A stretch of 64,000 nt of DNA from a virus: the IMG/VR virus record IMGVR_UViG_3300014024_000003; one strand, given 5' to 3'. Shown here piece after piece: positions 1 to 9,222 of the stretch. Position numbers and translations under genes: made by a program. The notes beneath the pieces were generated by a model. It made no database searches. It had not been told where the DNA came from and was given only the letters and a program-made list of their open reading frames with translations. Numbering within the stretch: position 1 is the first letter of the stretch; every line of letters starts with the position of its first letter.

Positions 1-28
1 TCCGAAACAAACCCATTATCGGGAGCAT

Positions 29-997
29 TTGTCTAAACCTAATGTGAATCTTCAAGAGGTAAATGAAGGGTCTCAGCTTGGTTCTGTTGAACGGAATGTT
101 TTAGCTGTTTTAGATAAGCGTAAGGAGAATAATCCTTTTGAGGAGTTTCTTTTAGGTAGTCTTTATCGTGCTTTCTTGTCTGAGCGTATCCCTATGTTGT
201 GGGATTTAGATACTGTTATAGGTGGTTTTAATGCCAACTTGGACTATTTAGAGGCTATGGCTTCTCTTGGAGAGTATGGTTCTGAGAAATGGGATTTCTT
301 CAGGATTTTTCCTCTGGGTATTCCGAATAATACTACCTCTTCTGAGTTTTTACACGGGGATCGTGAGTTTTTTGATAGTCTTCGTCACGAGTCAGGTGTT
401 TATTCTAAAGTTGATAAGCGTAGTCTAAAATACAGTAATTTTGGTTTGGTTTTTGAGATTACAGATTTTAATTCTGCTTTGAAACTTTTTGCACCTTATT
501 TAAAGGCAGCTGGTACTGAGCGTTCTCCTCAAGACTTTTCACGTGCTTATCATGTTGATAAGTTCAATGATTATTTGCGTGTCTTGGACTTTATCAGTAA
601 TGATGGTATCGGTACTATCGGTATTTACAGTAAGTTGCTGACGGGAACAATGCAAACTACTTTAAATAATTATGATTCGCGGAAGTTTGCACGTCCTGCT
701 TTTCGTATTAATGTTGAAGAGTTTGTGCAGTTCTTCTCTGGAAATACTGATTTTCTTGAATCTTTGCGAAATAAGTATCAGGAACTAAGTTATCATTTGA
801 CGGAGAAAGAGAAGAAGGATTTTGAGAAGAAGTTCTCACCGTTGTTACGGGTAAAGCCTAAGCCTTATAAAGCTATTCTTTATTCTCAAAAGGTTCCAGT
901 TTCGGAGATTGGTGAGAGTATTAGTTATGAGGATTTCATGTCTAAACTTACTCGTATTCGTGGATCAGCAGTAAAAGTTGAGATATATAAGAGGTAA
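29..997 (+). CDS. hypothetical protein
   Basis: 322-aa ORF, GGAG RBS-like sequence before a TTG start, followed by a terminator; no recognisable motif. Confidence 0.7.
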   Translation: MSKPNVNLQEVNEGSQLGSVERNVLAVLDKRKENNPFEEFLLGSLYRAFLSERIPMLWDLDTVIGGFNANLDYLEAMASLGEYGSEKWDFFRIFPLGIPNNTTSSEFLHGDREFFDSLRHESGVYSKVDKRSLKYSNFGLVFEITDFNSALKLFAPYLKAAGTERSPQDFSRAYHVDKFNDYLRVLDFISNDGIGTIGIYSKLLTGTMQTTLNNYDSRKFARPAFRINVEEFVQFFSGNTDFLESLRNKYQELSYHLTEKEKKDFEKKFSPLLRVKPKPYKAILYSQKVPVSEIGESISYEDFMSKLTRIRGSAVKVEIYKR

Positions 998-1011
998 TCT
1001 TATTTGACTAC

Positions 1012-1052
1012 AACCCTCCGGTGGTTTTACTTCCCCGGAGGGTTATTATTTT
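1012..1052 (+). terminator. intrinsic terminator
   Basis: AACCCTCCGG...CCGGAGGGTT stem followed by T-rich tail. Confidence 0.75.
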
Positions 1053-1079
1053 GTGTGGAAACACTTATGAGGAGGAAAT

Positions 1080-1763
1080 ATGGGAAGGTATCGCACGTTA
1101 GAATCGCTAACGGATGTTGTATGTCTTTTACTCTGGGATAACGAACGTATTTATTCGGTACGAGATTATTACTCTGACGTAGTTATCCCTTACAACCCTT
1201 CTCAGTTTAGGGTTTCCACCTCGGAGTCCCGCATGATGACGTGCCCGTTCCACAAGGATGATACCCCGTCGATGGGTGTGCTTATTGGGCGTGATGGTTT
1301 TGAACGTTTCACATGTTTCGGGTGTAAAACGTTCGGGCATGTGGTGGATATGCACCAGAGGTTTCAGAAGGATTATCTGGGGCGTGTAATTTCTCGGGAC
1401 GCTGCGGCGCAGGAGTTGTTGGTTCGGCGTAATTTGGATGTTTCTCAATTTGAGCGATTTATTGGTTCTACTGTTGATGTGGAAACTCTCAAGAAGGGAG
1501 CCGTCTCTTCTAGTTTTGATGAGGTTCTGGATTCTAACGCCGGTGCGGTACAGTCACAGAGGTTTTCGGCGCGCCAGGGTCAGGTACCGCTTCCTTCAGA
1601 TTTTTCTGAGCTGCGTTCGCGTGTACCTGCGGCCCCGCAGGTTTCGGTGCGGGATATGCAGCAGGCGGTGAGTATGGCTCGGGGTTTATCGGGTGAGGAT
1701 CGTGCAGCTTTTTTGAATCATGTGGTGTTTTCTCGGATTGAGTCTACGGGTTTGATTTCGTGA
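1080..1763 (+). CDS. stand-alone CHC2 zinc-finger protein (DnaG primase zinc-binding domain)
   Basis: CPFHKDDTPS...FTCFGC matches the primase CHC2 finger; GAGGAGG RBS; no TOPRIM domain in this ORF. Confidence 0.85.
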   Translation: MGRYRTLESLTDVVCLLLWDNERIYSVRDYYSDVVIPYNPSQFRVSTSESRMMTCPFHKDDTPSMGVLIGRDGFERFTCFGCKTFGHVVDMHQRFQKDYLGRVISRDAAAQELLVRRNLDVSQFERFIGSTVDVETLKKGAVSSSFDEVLDSNAGAVQSQRFSARQGQVPLPSDFSELRSRVPAAPQVSVRDMQQAVSMARGLSGEDRAAFLNHVVFSRIESTGLIS

Positions 1764-1781
1764 TTCTGTTTTCAGGAAGGG

Positions 1782-2543
1782 TTGGTTAGTGTGGAGGTTA
1801 CGGGTTTGGGTACTCGTGAGGTGCGCGTTGTTGGTGTTGAACACCCGGTTCAGGTAACGCTTTTTGATGCACAGTTTTTGGATTCTTCGTTACCTGTTGT
1901 GGATGTTTTAGGGGAGTTGCGGTCTTCAGGTGATGCTGCTGGTTGCGGTGTGGTGGGTTTTGATATTTCTAAGCGCGGTACGGGTTTGGCGTATGTGTAT
2001 TTTGATGAGGAGCGCCGCCAGTGGGCGTGTGTGACGGCTTCAGTGGTTTTACCGTCGAAGGTTAAGGAGTATAGCGCTTTGATGCGTCTTCTTCGGTGCG
2101 GTATTGAGACGGTGTTAGATCGTTGGGGCGTGCTTACGGCGCAGGGATGTTTTGAGGGTGTGTTTGTGGTGGAGGATGTTTTTCGCAGCGCAAACGCTCG
2201 CACGTTCCGTCTCTTGAGTGTGTTGAATGTGGTTCCTGATCTGGTGCGCCCTATTTATGCGTGTAGTGAAGATTTTACGGTTCGGGTGCAGTCTACGTTG
2301 TGGAAGTCGTGGTTGTTCTCGAAGACGGTTGGTGTTTTTAAAGGTGATGTGAAGTCTCGTATTGTGCAGGCGGTTCAGTTCGCGGGCATTGAAGTACCTG
2401 AGGGTATCGCCCTCCAGGATCGTTATGATGCGGTTGGTATGGTGTTGGGGACGGTTTTGTTTCGTTCGGGTTTGTCGTTGATTTCTGTCTCTAATGCTGG
2501 TGATTCGTCGTTGCAGGTGTTTTCACGGGGTTTACTTGATTGA
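1782..2543 (+). CDS. RuvC-like Holliday junction resolvase
   Basis: VVGFDISKRGTGLA, VVED, WK and DRYDAVGM motifs fit the RuvC/RNase H acidic residues. Confidence 0.75.
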   Translation: MVSVEVTGLGTREVRVVGVEHPVQVTLFDAQFLDSSLPVVDVLGELRSSGDAAGCGVVGFDISKRGTGLAYVYFDEERRQWACVTASVVLPSKVKEYSALMRLLRCGIETVLDRWGVLTAQGCFEGVFVVEDVFRSANARTFRLLSVLNVVPDLVRPIYACSEDFTVRVQSTLWKSWLFSKTVGVFKGDVKSRIVQAVQFAGIEVPEGIALQDRYDAVGMVLGTVLFRSGLSLISVSNAGDSSLQVFSRGLLD

Positions 2544-2616
2544 TAAGGTATTTTGTGTTTAGACTTGTGGTGTAGGTTATTTCCTACGTGTATAAGAAGT
2601 ATCAGGTCTACTTTCG

Positions 2617-3423
2617 TTGCTTGGTATTTGCGTGTTTAAAGAGGTGCCTTCGATGAGTGTCGGGTTTGGGACTAATCTTCTTACCAATCCTTCTTTAGTC
2701 TCAACTACTGCACCCGGTACTGGTATCGGGGGCACCTCTGTTATGCCTTATAACTATAATCAAAATCAAGGGTTGGTACCGCAGCAAGGTTCCCCAGTGT
2801 TGGGGGTACCTGGTTTCGTTTCCCCGCAGGTTGTTGCAACTCAGAATGTTCAATCGGTGATTGCGCCTTCATCTGCTCAGGAAGCGCAGTTGATGCAGTT
2901 TGGGTTTGATATTGCTGCGTGTCGTATGGTGCAGCGGGCGTATCCGTCTTTGACGGCGCAGGTTCTTTTGGCGTTGGTGCAGGCGGGGGTTCCGGCTCGT
3001 ACAGTGTTGAATAATCCTGGGAGTTTCGCGTTTCCTACAGGTGGTGTGCTGTCTCAGGCGTTAGGTTTTGCGTCTCCATATTTTTCGCGGCGCGGTTTTA
3101 GGTCACCGAAGTTTGCGGAGGTGGTTTCTGAGGTGTGCGCGTTTGTTGCTTCTGGGGGGAAGGTATCGCAGGCGGTTTCGTCTCTTCAGGCGTTGGGTTC
3201 GTCGGCTATGTTGCCGTCGCTTTCGTCGGGTTGGCAGTGTGTGGTTCTTTCGGATGCACCTGAGGTTTTGTCGCATTGTTGTTTGCATTGTGAGTCTTCT
3301 GGTTATTTTGTTCAGTTGAAGAAGGATTCTTACAATGTTGTTTTAGTGGATGGTGTTTGTAAGTCTGTTACTTTTTATGTACATGAGAAATGTAAGAAGA
3401 TTTTTATTGTGAAGGAAGATTAG
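2617..3423 (+). CDS. hypothetical protein (start probably ATG 2653)
   Basis: Long ORF in gene strand; GAGG before ATG 2653; low-complexity Q/P/G N-terminus. Confidence 0.7.
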   Translation: MLGICVFKEVPSMSVGFGTNLLTNPSLVSTTAPGTGIGGTSVMPYNYNQNQGLVPQQGSPVLGVPGFVSPQVVATQNVQSVIAPSSAQEAQLMQFGFDIAACRMVQRAYPSLTAQVLLALVQAGVPARTVLNNPGSFAFPTGGVLSQALGFASPYFSRRGFRSPKFAEVVSEVCAFVASGGKVSQAVSSLQALGSSAMLPSLSSGWQCVVLSDAPEVLSHCCLHCESSGYFVQLKKDSYNVVLVDGVCKSVTFYVHEKCKKIFIVKED

Positions 3424-3435
3424 TTTTCTTCATCT

Positions 3436-3476
3436 AACAGCCAGGTTGTGTTGAAGCATCCTGGCTGTTTTGTTTT
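3436..3476 (+). terminator. intrinsic terminator
   Basis: AACAGCCAGG...CCTGGCTGTT stem plus T tail. Confidence 0.75.
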
Positions 3477-3508
3477 GGTTGAATGTTTAGTTGAATTTAG
3501 TGGAAGGT

Positions 3509-3514
3509 TATACT
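3509..3514 (+). promoter_or_regulatory. -10 element; probable leaderless ligase mRNA
   Basis: TATACT 7 nt before ATG 3522. Confidence 0.5.
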
Positions 3515-3521
3515 AGATTTC

Positions 3522-4925
3522 ATGATTTTAATTACTAGTGATTCCCTCAGTGATGTTCTCAAAACACCAATTCTAGATTTCAACCCTGAAAAGGTTGCAC
3601 AGCTAGAAGATATGATCCGCAGCGCTCAAGCGAGCGCATGGGACGGTTCCCCACAGGTGGATGACGCGGTGTACGACGAAATGATACGTATCCTTGAGAA
3701 GGTTTCCCCGTCCTCCGAAATTTTGCAGACGCTCTGGGATTCTGCGCAGATAGACACAGAACCAGTACTGCCAACAAGTGCGGATCAGCAGCAGGAGTAC
3801 GCGCAGTCTCACGAGTATAACCGCCTGTTGCGGCAGTACCCTATGCAGTCTATCCAGACGGTGAAGTCTTGGGAGGATAAACATCTCACAGAGTTCGCCC
3901 AACAGGTATCGCAGGTTGCACCTGCTGATGAGGTGGTGCTGCATCTTTCGTATAAACTCAACGGGCATGCGATTCGTGTTGTGTATGATGCTGGCCGGTT
4001 GGTGTATGCTACGTCTCGCGGGCGCGCCGGTTCCGGTTTTAAGGTGCGTACTCGCGCGTTGCAGCGTATTTTAGGGGAGTATAATTCCCGCCTGGCAGGT
4101 TTTGGTACTGTTGAGGTGCGCGGGGAGCTGGTGCTTCCGGTTTCTTTGTTTCAGGATGCTCAGAAGTTTGGTAAGTATACGTCTCCGTTCTCTGCGGTGG
4201 CTGGTTTGGTGCGTGATTCTGCCCCGAATGAAGCATATGATTTGCTTCATTTTGTAGCGTACCGCGCATTGGCGGATGGTTTGGATTTCGTCTCCAAAAC
4301 GAATGAGTACGAGTTCTTATCCGGGGTAGGTTTCCAGGTACCGCGCTCGCGCCGCGTTGCAGCCCCTACCGCTTCAGAGTTTGGTTTCCTTTCGGCGGTT
4401 CAGTCGGAGTTCGCGGTGTTGGAGCACGTGATGCAGGATGAGAGTTCAGAAGATTTTTATGACTACTTCTGCGATGGTGTGGTGTGCGAAGTTGAGGATC
4501 GCGCGTTATTTAATGCGTTGGGGGTCTCCGGTGTTCGCCATGTCGGTAATGTCGCGTTGAAGGTTGGCTTCTGGCAGCAGGACGTATATTCGGGTGTGGT
4601 TCAGGGTGTGATCTTTAAGCCTGGTAAGTCGAAGCTCTCTCCGGTGGTGGTTGTGTCTGCTCGTGGTGGTGATATTGAGATTCAGCAGTCATCTCAGGGG
4701 TATCGTGTGGTGGATCGTGTGGATTCTGCGGGTGTGGTGACGGCGCAGGGTAATTTTGTGCGTCATGTTCCTGTGTATGAGCCTCGGAATATTATTTTGT
4801 TGGATTCTTATCCTGGGCAGACGATTCATTTCCGGTATGGCGGGGAAGCTGGTGTGGTGCCGTGTTTCCCGGATGGTCGTCTCTTGTCTGAGGATATGCT
4901 TGTTGATCTTGTGTCGGATAGTTAG
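3522..4925 (+). CDS. ligA: NAD-dependent DNA ligase, N-terminal half (Ia, adenylation and OB domains)
   Basis: PQVDDAVYD (Ia), SYKLNG (motif I variant), ATSRG, EVRGEL, CDGVV, ALK, GEAGVVP (motif VI); ends before the zinc finger. Confidence 0.88.
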   Translation: MILITSDSLSDVLKTPILDFNPEKVAQLEDMIRSAQASAWDGSPQVDDAVYDEMIRILEKVSPSSEILQTLWDSAQIDTEPVLPTSADQQQEYAQSHEYNRLLRQYPMQSIQTVKSWEDKHLTEFAQQVSQVAPADEVVLHLSYKLNGHAIRVVYDAGRLVYATSRGRAGSGFKVRTRALQRILGEYNSRLAGFGTVEVRGELVLPVSLFQDAQKFGKYTSPFSAVAGLVRDSAPNEAYDLLHFVAYRALADGLDFVSKTNEYEFLSGVGFQVPRSRRVAAPTASEFGFLSAVQSEFAVLEHVMQDESSEDFYDYFCDGVVCEVEDRALFNALGVSGVRHVGNVALKVGFWQQDVYSGVVQGVIFKPGKSKLSPVVVVSARGGDIEIQQSSQGYRVVDRVDSAGVVTAQGNFVRHVPVYEPRNIILLDSYPGQTIHFRYGGEAGVVPCFPDGRLLSEDMLVDLVSDS

Positions 4926-4948
4926 TTCATGAGTTGGAGTAAGAAGGG

Positions 4949-5158
4949 TTGGTTGTGGTAAGAAATAAGGTACCGTTTCGTTGGCACGTGAGAGTTGTGT
5001 CGGTTATTGCTGGTATTTGGTTGTGTTCTATTGTTGTAGGTTTTTGTGTTGGTTTAGGTAGTGGTGAGATTCCGTTGCATATGGCAAATTGGGCGTTTGT
5101 TTCTTTCGTTTTGTCGGCTTTCTTGTTTCTACCGTTGATGCAATTAGGTACTGAGTGA
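4949..5158 (+). CDS. small two-TM membrane protein
   Basis: Two hydrophobic stretches in 69 aa. Confidence 0.55.
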   Translation: MVVVRNKVPFRWHVRVVSVIAGIWLCSIVVGFCVGLGSGEIPLHMANWAFVSFVLSAFLFLPLMQLGTE

Positions 5159-5242
5159 AAAGTGAATTATAAGAATTTTGTTTAACTAAATAAGTCTAAA
5201 CTTCTTGTTTTGTTTGACTTTTATTCTTGGTATTATGGATAC

Positions 5243-5472
5243 ATAGCTTTTAGGGCTATATAGTGTATGCATGAAATGTTATGATTTCTATCATTTAGAC
5301 ACCTCTTGTCTATGTTGAGATGGACTAAGGATCGAATAGTGAGTTTCTACTGTCTTAGGTGGTTAGGACAGACCAAGATACTAAAAATAAAGAAAGTACG
5401 ACTTGGGGGACAGTAGGGACGAACTGTTGAGGATACCCACCGTTAGTTTTACCTAACGGTGGGTATCTTTTT
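5243..5472 (+). ncRNA. candidate structured small RNA
   Basis: TGGTATTAT extended -10 at 5228-5236, no long + ORF, several hairpins, strong terminator at the end. Confidence 0.45.
5430..5472 (+). terminator. intrinsic terminator
   Basis: GATACCCACCGTTAG / CTAACGGTGGGTATC perfect 15-bp stem then TTTTT. Confidence 0.85.
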
Positions 5473-5564
5473 GTTGAATCCTATTTCCGGTGTGGGATAA
5501 ACCCTCTGATAAACTATAGATAAGCTGTTTTGTAGATTTAATGTAAAGAAGGGTATCTACACCT

Positions 5565-7199
5565 ATGTCTGAAACACTTATTGATGAAGAATTTCCTGGC
5601 GATGAGCAGGAGGTTGAGCAGGAGAACGTCAAGCGCATTATTTATGAGGTAGAGGAAGATTCCTCTGCTTTAGATGTGCAGGATGTCAAACGCGGGGATT
5701 ACTCGAAACTAGATGAAGTCGCTGCTGAAGATGTGCTGATGGACGCTCTCAACGAGTTTACTCAACGGCACGATCTTGATGAGAAGATTCTTCAAACTCC
5801 GAACGTATCGCCTTCAATAAAGGGTTTGATGGTACCAGTTGAGTACATTACGGTACCTGAGTTTAAGAAGAATTCCCGCGATCCTAACGGTACGTTGCAA
5901 GGGCTTACAAAACAGGTGCAGTCCATGTCTACGGTAGTACCGGTCGTGCTTACCTTAACGGAAGCGTACTATAAGCATCTAATGTCGGATAAGCCGGTGG
6001 ATGAGTTTATGGGGCAGCGTTTTGTGCTGTTGCAGGGTTTGCGTCGCCTGTTCGCTACGTTGCGTGTGAAGGCGAAGACGATACCTGCGGTGGTGCAGGT
6101 TTTTGATAATCCTGAAGTTATCAATAAGCGCCTGGATATTCTCTCGTCGGTATTGCAGCGTTCTGCTAAACAGAATTGGGCGGAGACTTACGAGCTGGTG
6201 CAGCGTCTTGCTGATACTCATGGTTTCGAGTACCACGAGATTGATACTTTGGTAGGTCTTGGGATTGGTGATGCTCTCAAGCTGGATGATGTGATGAAGG
6301 ATGAGAAGTACCCTGAGGTGAAGGATACTCTCGAAAAGAAGGATTTGAAGAGCGCTTATGCTCTGCTTGAGAAGTTCCGCCGTGAGGACGCTACTTTAGC
6401 TGCGCAGGATGCCGTCGGTTTGCAGGATATGGACGGGCAGGTAGATTACGGTATGCAGATTCAGGAGGGTGTGCAGGTTTCCTCTCAGGAGGAGGTAACG
6501 GAAGCGCTGGGGTATCTTCCTAATCCTGAGGAAGAGGATTCTGAGTCTGCTCAGCTTGAGGTTTCTGCTGCGGTTCGTGATGCTGTGTTGGATCGTGAGG
6601 ACGGTCAGTGTTGGGCTTGCGGTCTCGGGGAGTTTTTAGAGTCTGAGGTGTTCCGCCAAACTCTTCAAGTTTTCCCTGTTTCTTCGTCTTTGGTGCAGTC
6701 TGATGTTGATGTTCAGCAGGTGTTGCAGGTTCAGGGTGAGGATGTTCCGGCGGTGTTGCCGTTGTGCCCTTCGTGTTTTGCGTTGATGTCGATTTGGGCG
6801 AAGACGCATGATACAGGTATCGCCCCTGAGGAGTCGGTTTCGGTTCCTGAGGATGATCGGGAGCGGTTCGGGAAGTTGTGGGTGTTGGCGCAGCTTTCGG
6901 ATGGTTCTTTAGGGTTTGAACGTAGTATCTCTGTGGATGAGTTTGTTGAAGATGGATCGGAGGAGCAGGTTTCGGCTGCGTGGGAGGATTCTGAGGATTC
7001 TGAGGATTCTGAGGATTTGGATGAGTCGTCCGCTTGGGAAGATGAGGACTTTGAGTCAGAAGCATCTTCAGTAATCTCTGATAATGAGGAGGAGTCTGAG
7101 CCTTCAGGTTGGGTTTTCGACGATGACGATGAGGACGAATCGGAATATGAGTACGATCCCGCAGAGGATGAAGACGAAAACGAAGAGTACACGGTGTAA
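5565..7199 (+). CDS. ParB/Srx-like domain fused to degenerate HNH-type zinc module and acidic tail
   Basis: VPVVL...FVLLQGLRRLFA...IPAVV (GxRR); VRDAVLDREDGQCWACG...LCPSC; E/D-rich C-terminus. Confidence 0.65.
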   Translation: MSETLIDEEFPGDEQEVEQENVKRIIYEVEEDSSALDVQDVKRGDYSKLDEVAAEDVLMDALNEFTQRHDLDEKILQTPNVSPSIKGLMVPVEYITVPEFKKNSRDPNGTLQGLTKQVQSMSTVVPVVLTLTEAYYKHLMSDKPVDEFMGQRFVLLQGLRRLFATLRVKAKTIPAVVQVFDNPEVINKRLDILSSVLQRSAKQNWAETYELVQRLADTHGFEYHEIDTLVGLGIGDALKLDDVMKDEKYPEVKDTLEKKDLKSAYALLEKFRREDATLAAQDAVGLQDMDGQVDYGMQIQEGVQVSSQEEVTEALGYLPNPEEEDSESAQLEVSAAVRDAVLDREDGQCWACGLGEFLESEVFRQTLQVFPVSSSLVQSDVDVQQVLQVQGEDVPAVLPLCPSCFALMSIWAKTHDTGIAPEESVSVPEDDRERFGKLWVLAQLSDGSLGFERSISVDEFVEDGSEEQVSAAWEDSEDSEDSEDLDESSAWEDEDFESEASSVISDNEEESEPSGWVFDDDDEDESEYEYDPAEDEDENEEYTV

Positions 7200-7213
7200 G
7201 GGTAGTAGTTAGA

Positions 7214-7840
7214 ATGCAAGCAGAAGATTTTATCGCACGGTTCCCCAATATTTCACCACAATATAAGGAGCAGGTGGCTAACGCTGAGGGTGTTCTTGTT
7301 ATTTTTGATGGTAGCCAGGGTACGGAAGATGCTTTTGAGAAGGCGCGCGAGCACGCTCAACGGATGCGGTGGAATGTTTCAGGGTATCTTTGTTTAGGTG
7401 TTTCAGCGAAGGGTTCAGGTATCGTCCCGTGGGTTCAGCGTGAACATAAGTTGATTTTCTTTGATAACCCTGACTCAGGTTTGTATCGGTTTGTGCAGGA
7501 GAATTACCGTGAGGGTGTGTTCCAGGCAGCGGTTTTTGTGTGCTCTTCTCAGGTACCGTTCCCTGAAGTTTTTTACGAGTTTTTGACGATTTCCCGCTAC
7601 GTTGAGGGTTGTTCTCTGTGGGTTTCTTCTTTTGTTCGTAAGGATGATGTCACCCGGTATGATAATTGGGTGGATGCTGGCGCTATCTGTACAACTATTT
7701 TCGATGCCCCGAAGGAGTATTTCACGTATCCTTTCACCGCCGTGTTGCAGCCGCTAGGTTTTTACATGAGTAGTATTCGGGACGTTATTTTGACGGTACC
7801 TGCCGCATCTCTTCCGCATTATGCGTCGAACCATTTGTGA
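7214..7840 (+). CDS. hypothetical protein
   Basis: 208-aa ORF in operon context. Confidence 0.7.
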   Translation: MQAEDFIARFPNISPQYKEQVANAEGVLVIFDGSQGTEDAFEKAREHAQRMRWNVSGYLCLGVSAKGSGIVPWVQREHKLIFFDNPDSGLYRFVQENYREGVFQAAVFVCSSQVPFPEVFYEFLTISRYVEGCSLWVSSFVRKDDVTRYDNWVDAGAICTTIFDAPKEYFTYPFTAVLQPLGFYMSSIRDVILTVPAASLPHYASNHL

Positions 7841-7853
7841 GTTTTAGGTCAGG

Positions 7854-9206
7854 TTGGTTGATGTGACAACTTTAGAGCAGTTCCCGTCTTCTGTAGCATC
7901 CCAGAAGGTTTCCCGGCGGCAGATGCTTACCACTGTGCCAGTAGCGGTGGGGGCAGGTATCGCCGCGTCTTTAGCAGATGTTTATTACCCCGCGTCGGCG
8001 ATAGATTATTCTAGTGGCTCTCCGGGGTATTATGGCGGCTCGGATACGTTGAATTTGCCGGGGTGGCCGGCTTCGTGCTGCCAGAAGGTCGCTGCGTTCC
8101 CAGCTAAGAAGAACTGGGAAGGTGCGGGCGATTATGAGTCTTATGATCTGGGTCGCGGTTCCGGTTTGAATGTGGCGGATATGGGGTGCGCGACTTTCGC
8201 GTGCTTTCAGATGTATAAGAAGTCGGGCGCGCGCCCGATGGATATGACGTATGACGATTTCTATAAGGAATGGAACACGAATGCGTTAGCGAAAGGGCAC
8301 CTGTCAATCTGCAATGAGCAGGGTGGTTTGGTGTGGGGTCAGGCTGAGGTTTTTGCTGATGGTAAGTTCCATTATGAGGGTCGCGGCACCCCTTCGGTTG
8401 AGGGTTTACGTCAGGTTCATGAGGCTGGGAAACTGGCGATTATTGGCGTTCTTGGTGAGAATCATTGGGTGCTTCTTGATTATGTGGACGGTAACGATGT
8501 GTACATTATTGACTCGGGTTGGGGTAACGCTAAGTTAGGGGACGCACCGTTTAATAATAATCCCGTTACAGTGCATGTGTATACGACGACTTCTACGGAT
8601 TTGCCGAAGATGTCTGATATTAAGGATGGTAAAGGCTCGGCGAAAACTCATGAGGGTGAGAAGAAGGACGAGAATAAAGACGGTCAGCCTAAGGACGACA
8701 CTGTTCATATCACGGGGTATGAGGTCAAATCTGAAGAAGATTTGGTGGGTATGGAGTCATATAAGGAGTTGAAGAAGAAGTGGGATGAAGGTCTTGGACG
8801 TTCGGATGTGAAAGCTGCCTTACCGTCGTTGCAGGAGGCTCAGCGGTACGCGGAGACACAGGCTGTTGCTTCTCATAAGGAGCGCCGTGAGGCGCAGGAG
8901 GAACCGTTTTCGCATAAAGCTATGATGTTGGTGCGGTATATCGGTGTGGGTGTGACGCTTTGGTCTATCGCTATTGTGTTGGCGGCGCTTCTTGATAAGT
9001 TCAAACCGATGTTTAACTTCAATTTCACGTATTTTGCAACGCTTACGAAGTTTAGGTACGTGGAGTTTGGTGAGGATTCAGGTTTCTACGACGGTAAGAT
9101 GCACGCGACTTGGGGTCAGTTGTTCGGGTTCGCCCTCATTTTCTTGGTGTTGGGTGTGCTGCTGTGGATCAACATTCTTGAACCTATTATTTTGATGTTT
9201 CTTTAG
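7854..9206 (+). CDS. C39-like cysteine peptidase with twin-arginine signal and C-terminal TM helices
   Basis: SRRQML signal followed by hydrophobic stretch; DMGCATFA (Cys), HWVLL (His), YIIDSG (Asp); two C-terminal hydrophobic helices. Confidence 0.7.
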   Translation: MVDVTTLEQFPSSVASQKVSRRQMLTTVPVAVGAGIAASLADVYYPASAIDYSSGSPGYYGGSDTLNLPGWPASCCQKVAAFPAKKNWEGAGDYESYDLGRGSGLNVADMGCATFACFQMYKKSGARPMDMTYDDFYKEWNTNALAKGHLSICNEQGGLVWGQAEVFADGKFHYEGRGTPSVEGLRQVHEAGKLAIIGVLGENHWVLLDYVDGNDVYIIDSGWGNAKLGDAPFNNNPVTVHVYTTTSTDLPKMSDIKDGKGSAKTHEGEKKDENKDGQPKDDTVHITGYEVKSEEDLVGMESYKELKKKWDEGLGRSDVKAALPSLQEAQRYAETQAVASHKERREAQEEPFSHKAMMLVRYIGVGVTLWSIAIVLAALLDKFKPMFNFNFTYFATLTKFRYVEFGEDSGFYDGKMHATWGQLFGFALIFLVLGVLLWINILEPIILMFL

Positions 9207-9222
9207 TTTTTTCTAAGAAGGA

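Noticed and set aside
6983..7017. GAGGATTCT tandem repeat (also the 18-bp EELPEL duplication at 59031)
   Set aside because: Ordinary in-frame slippage in acidic low-complexity tails
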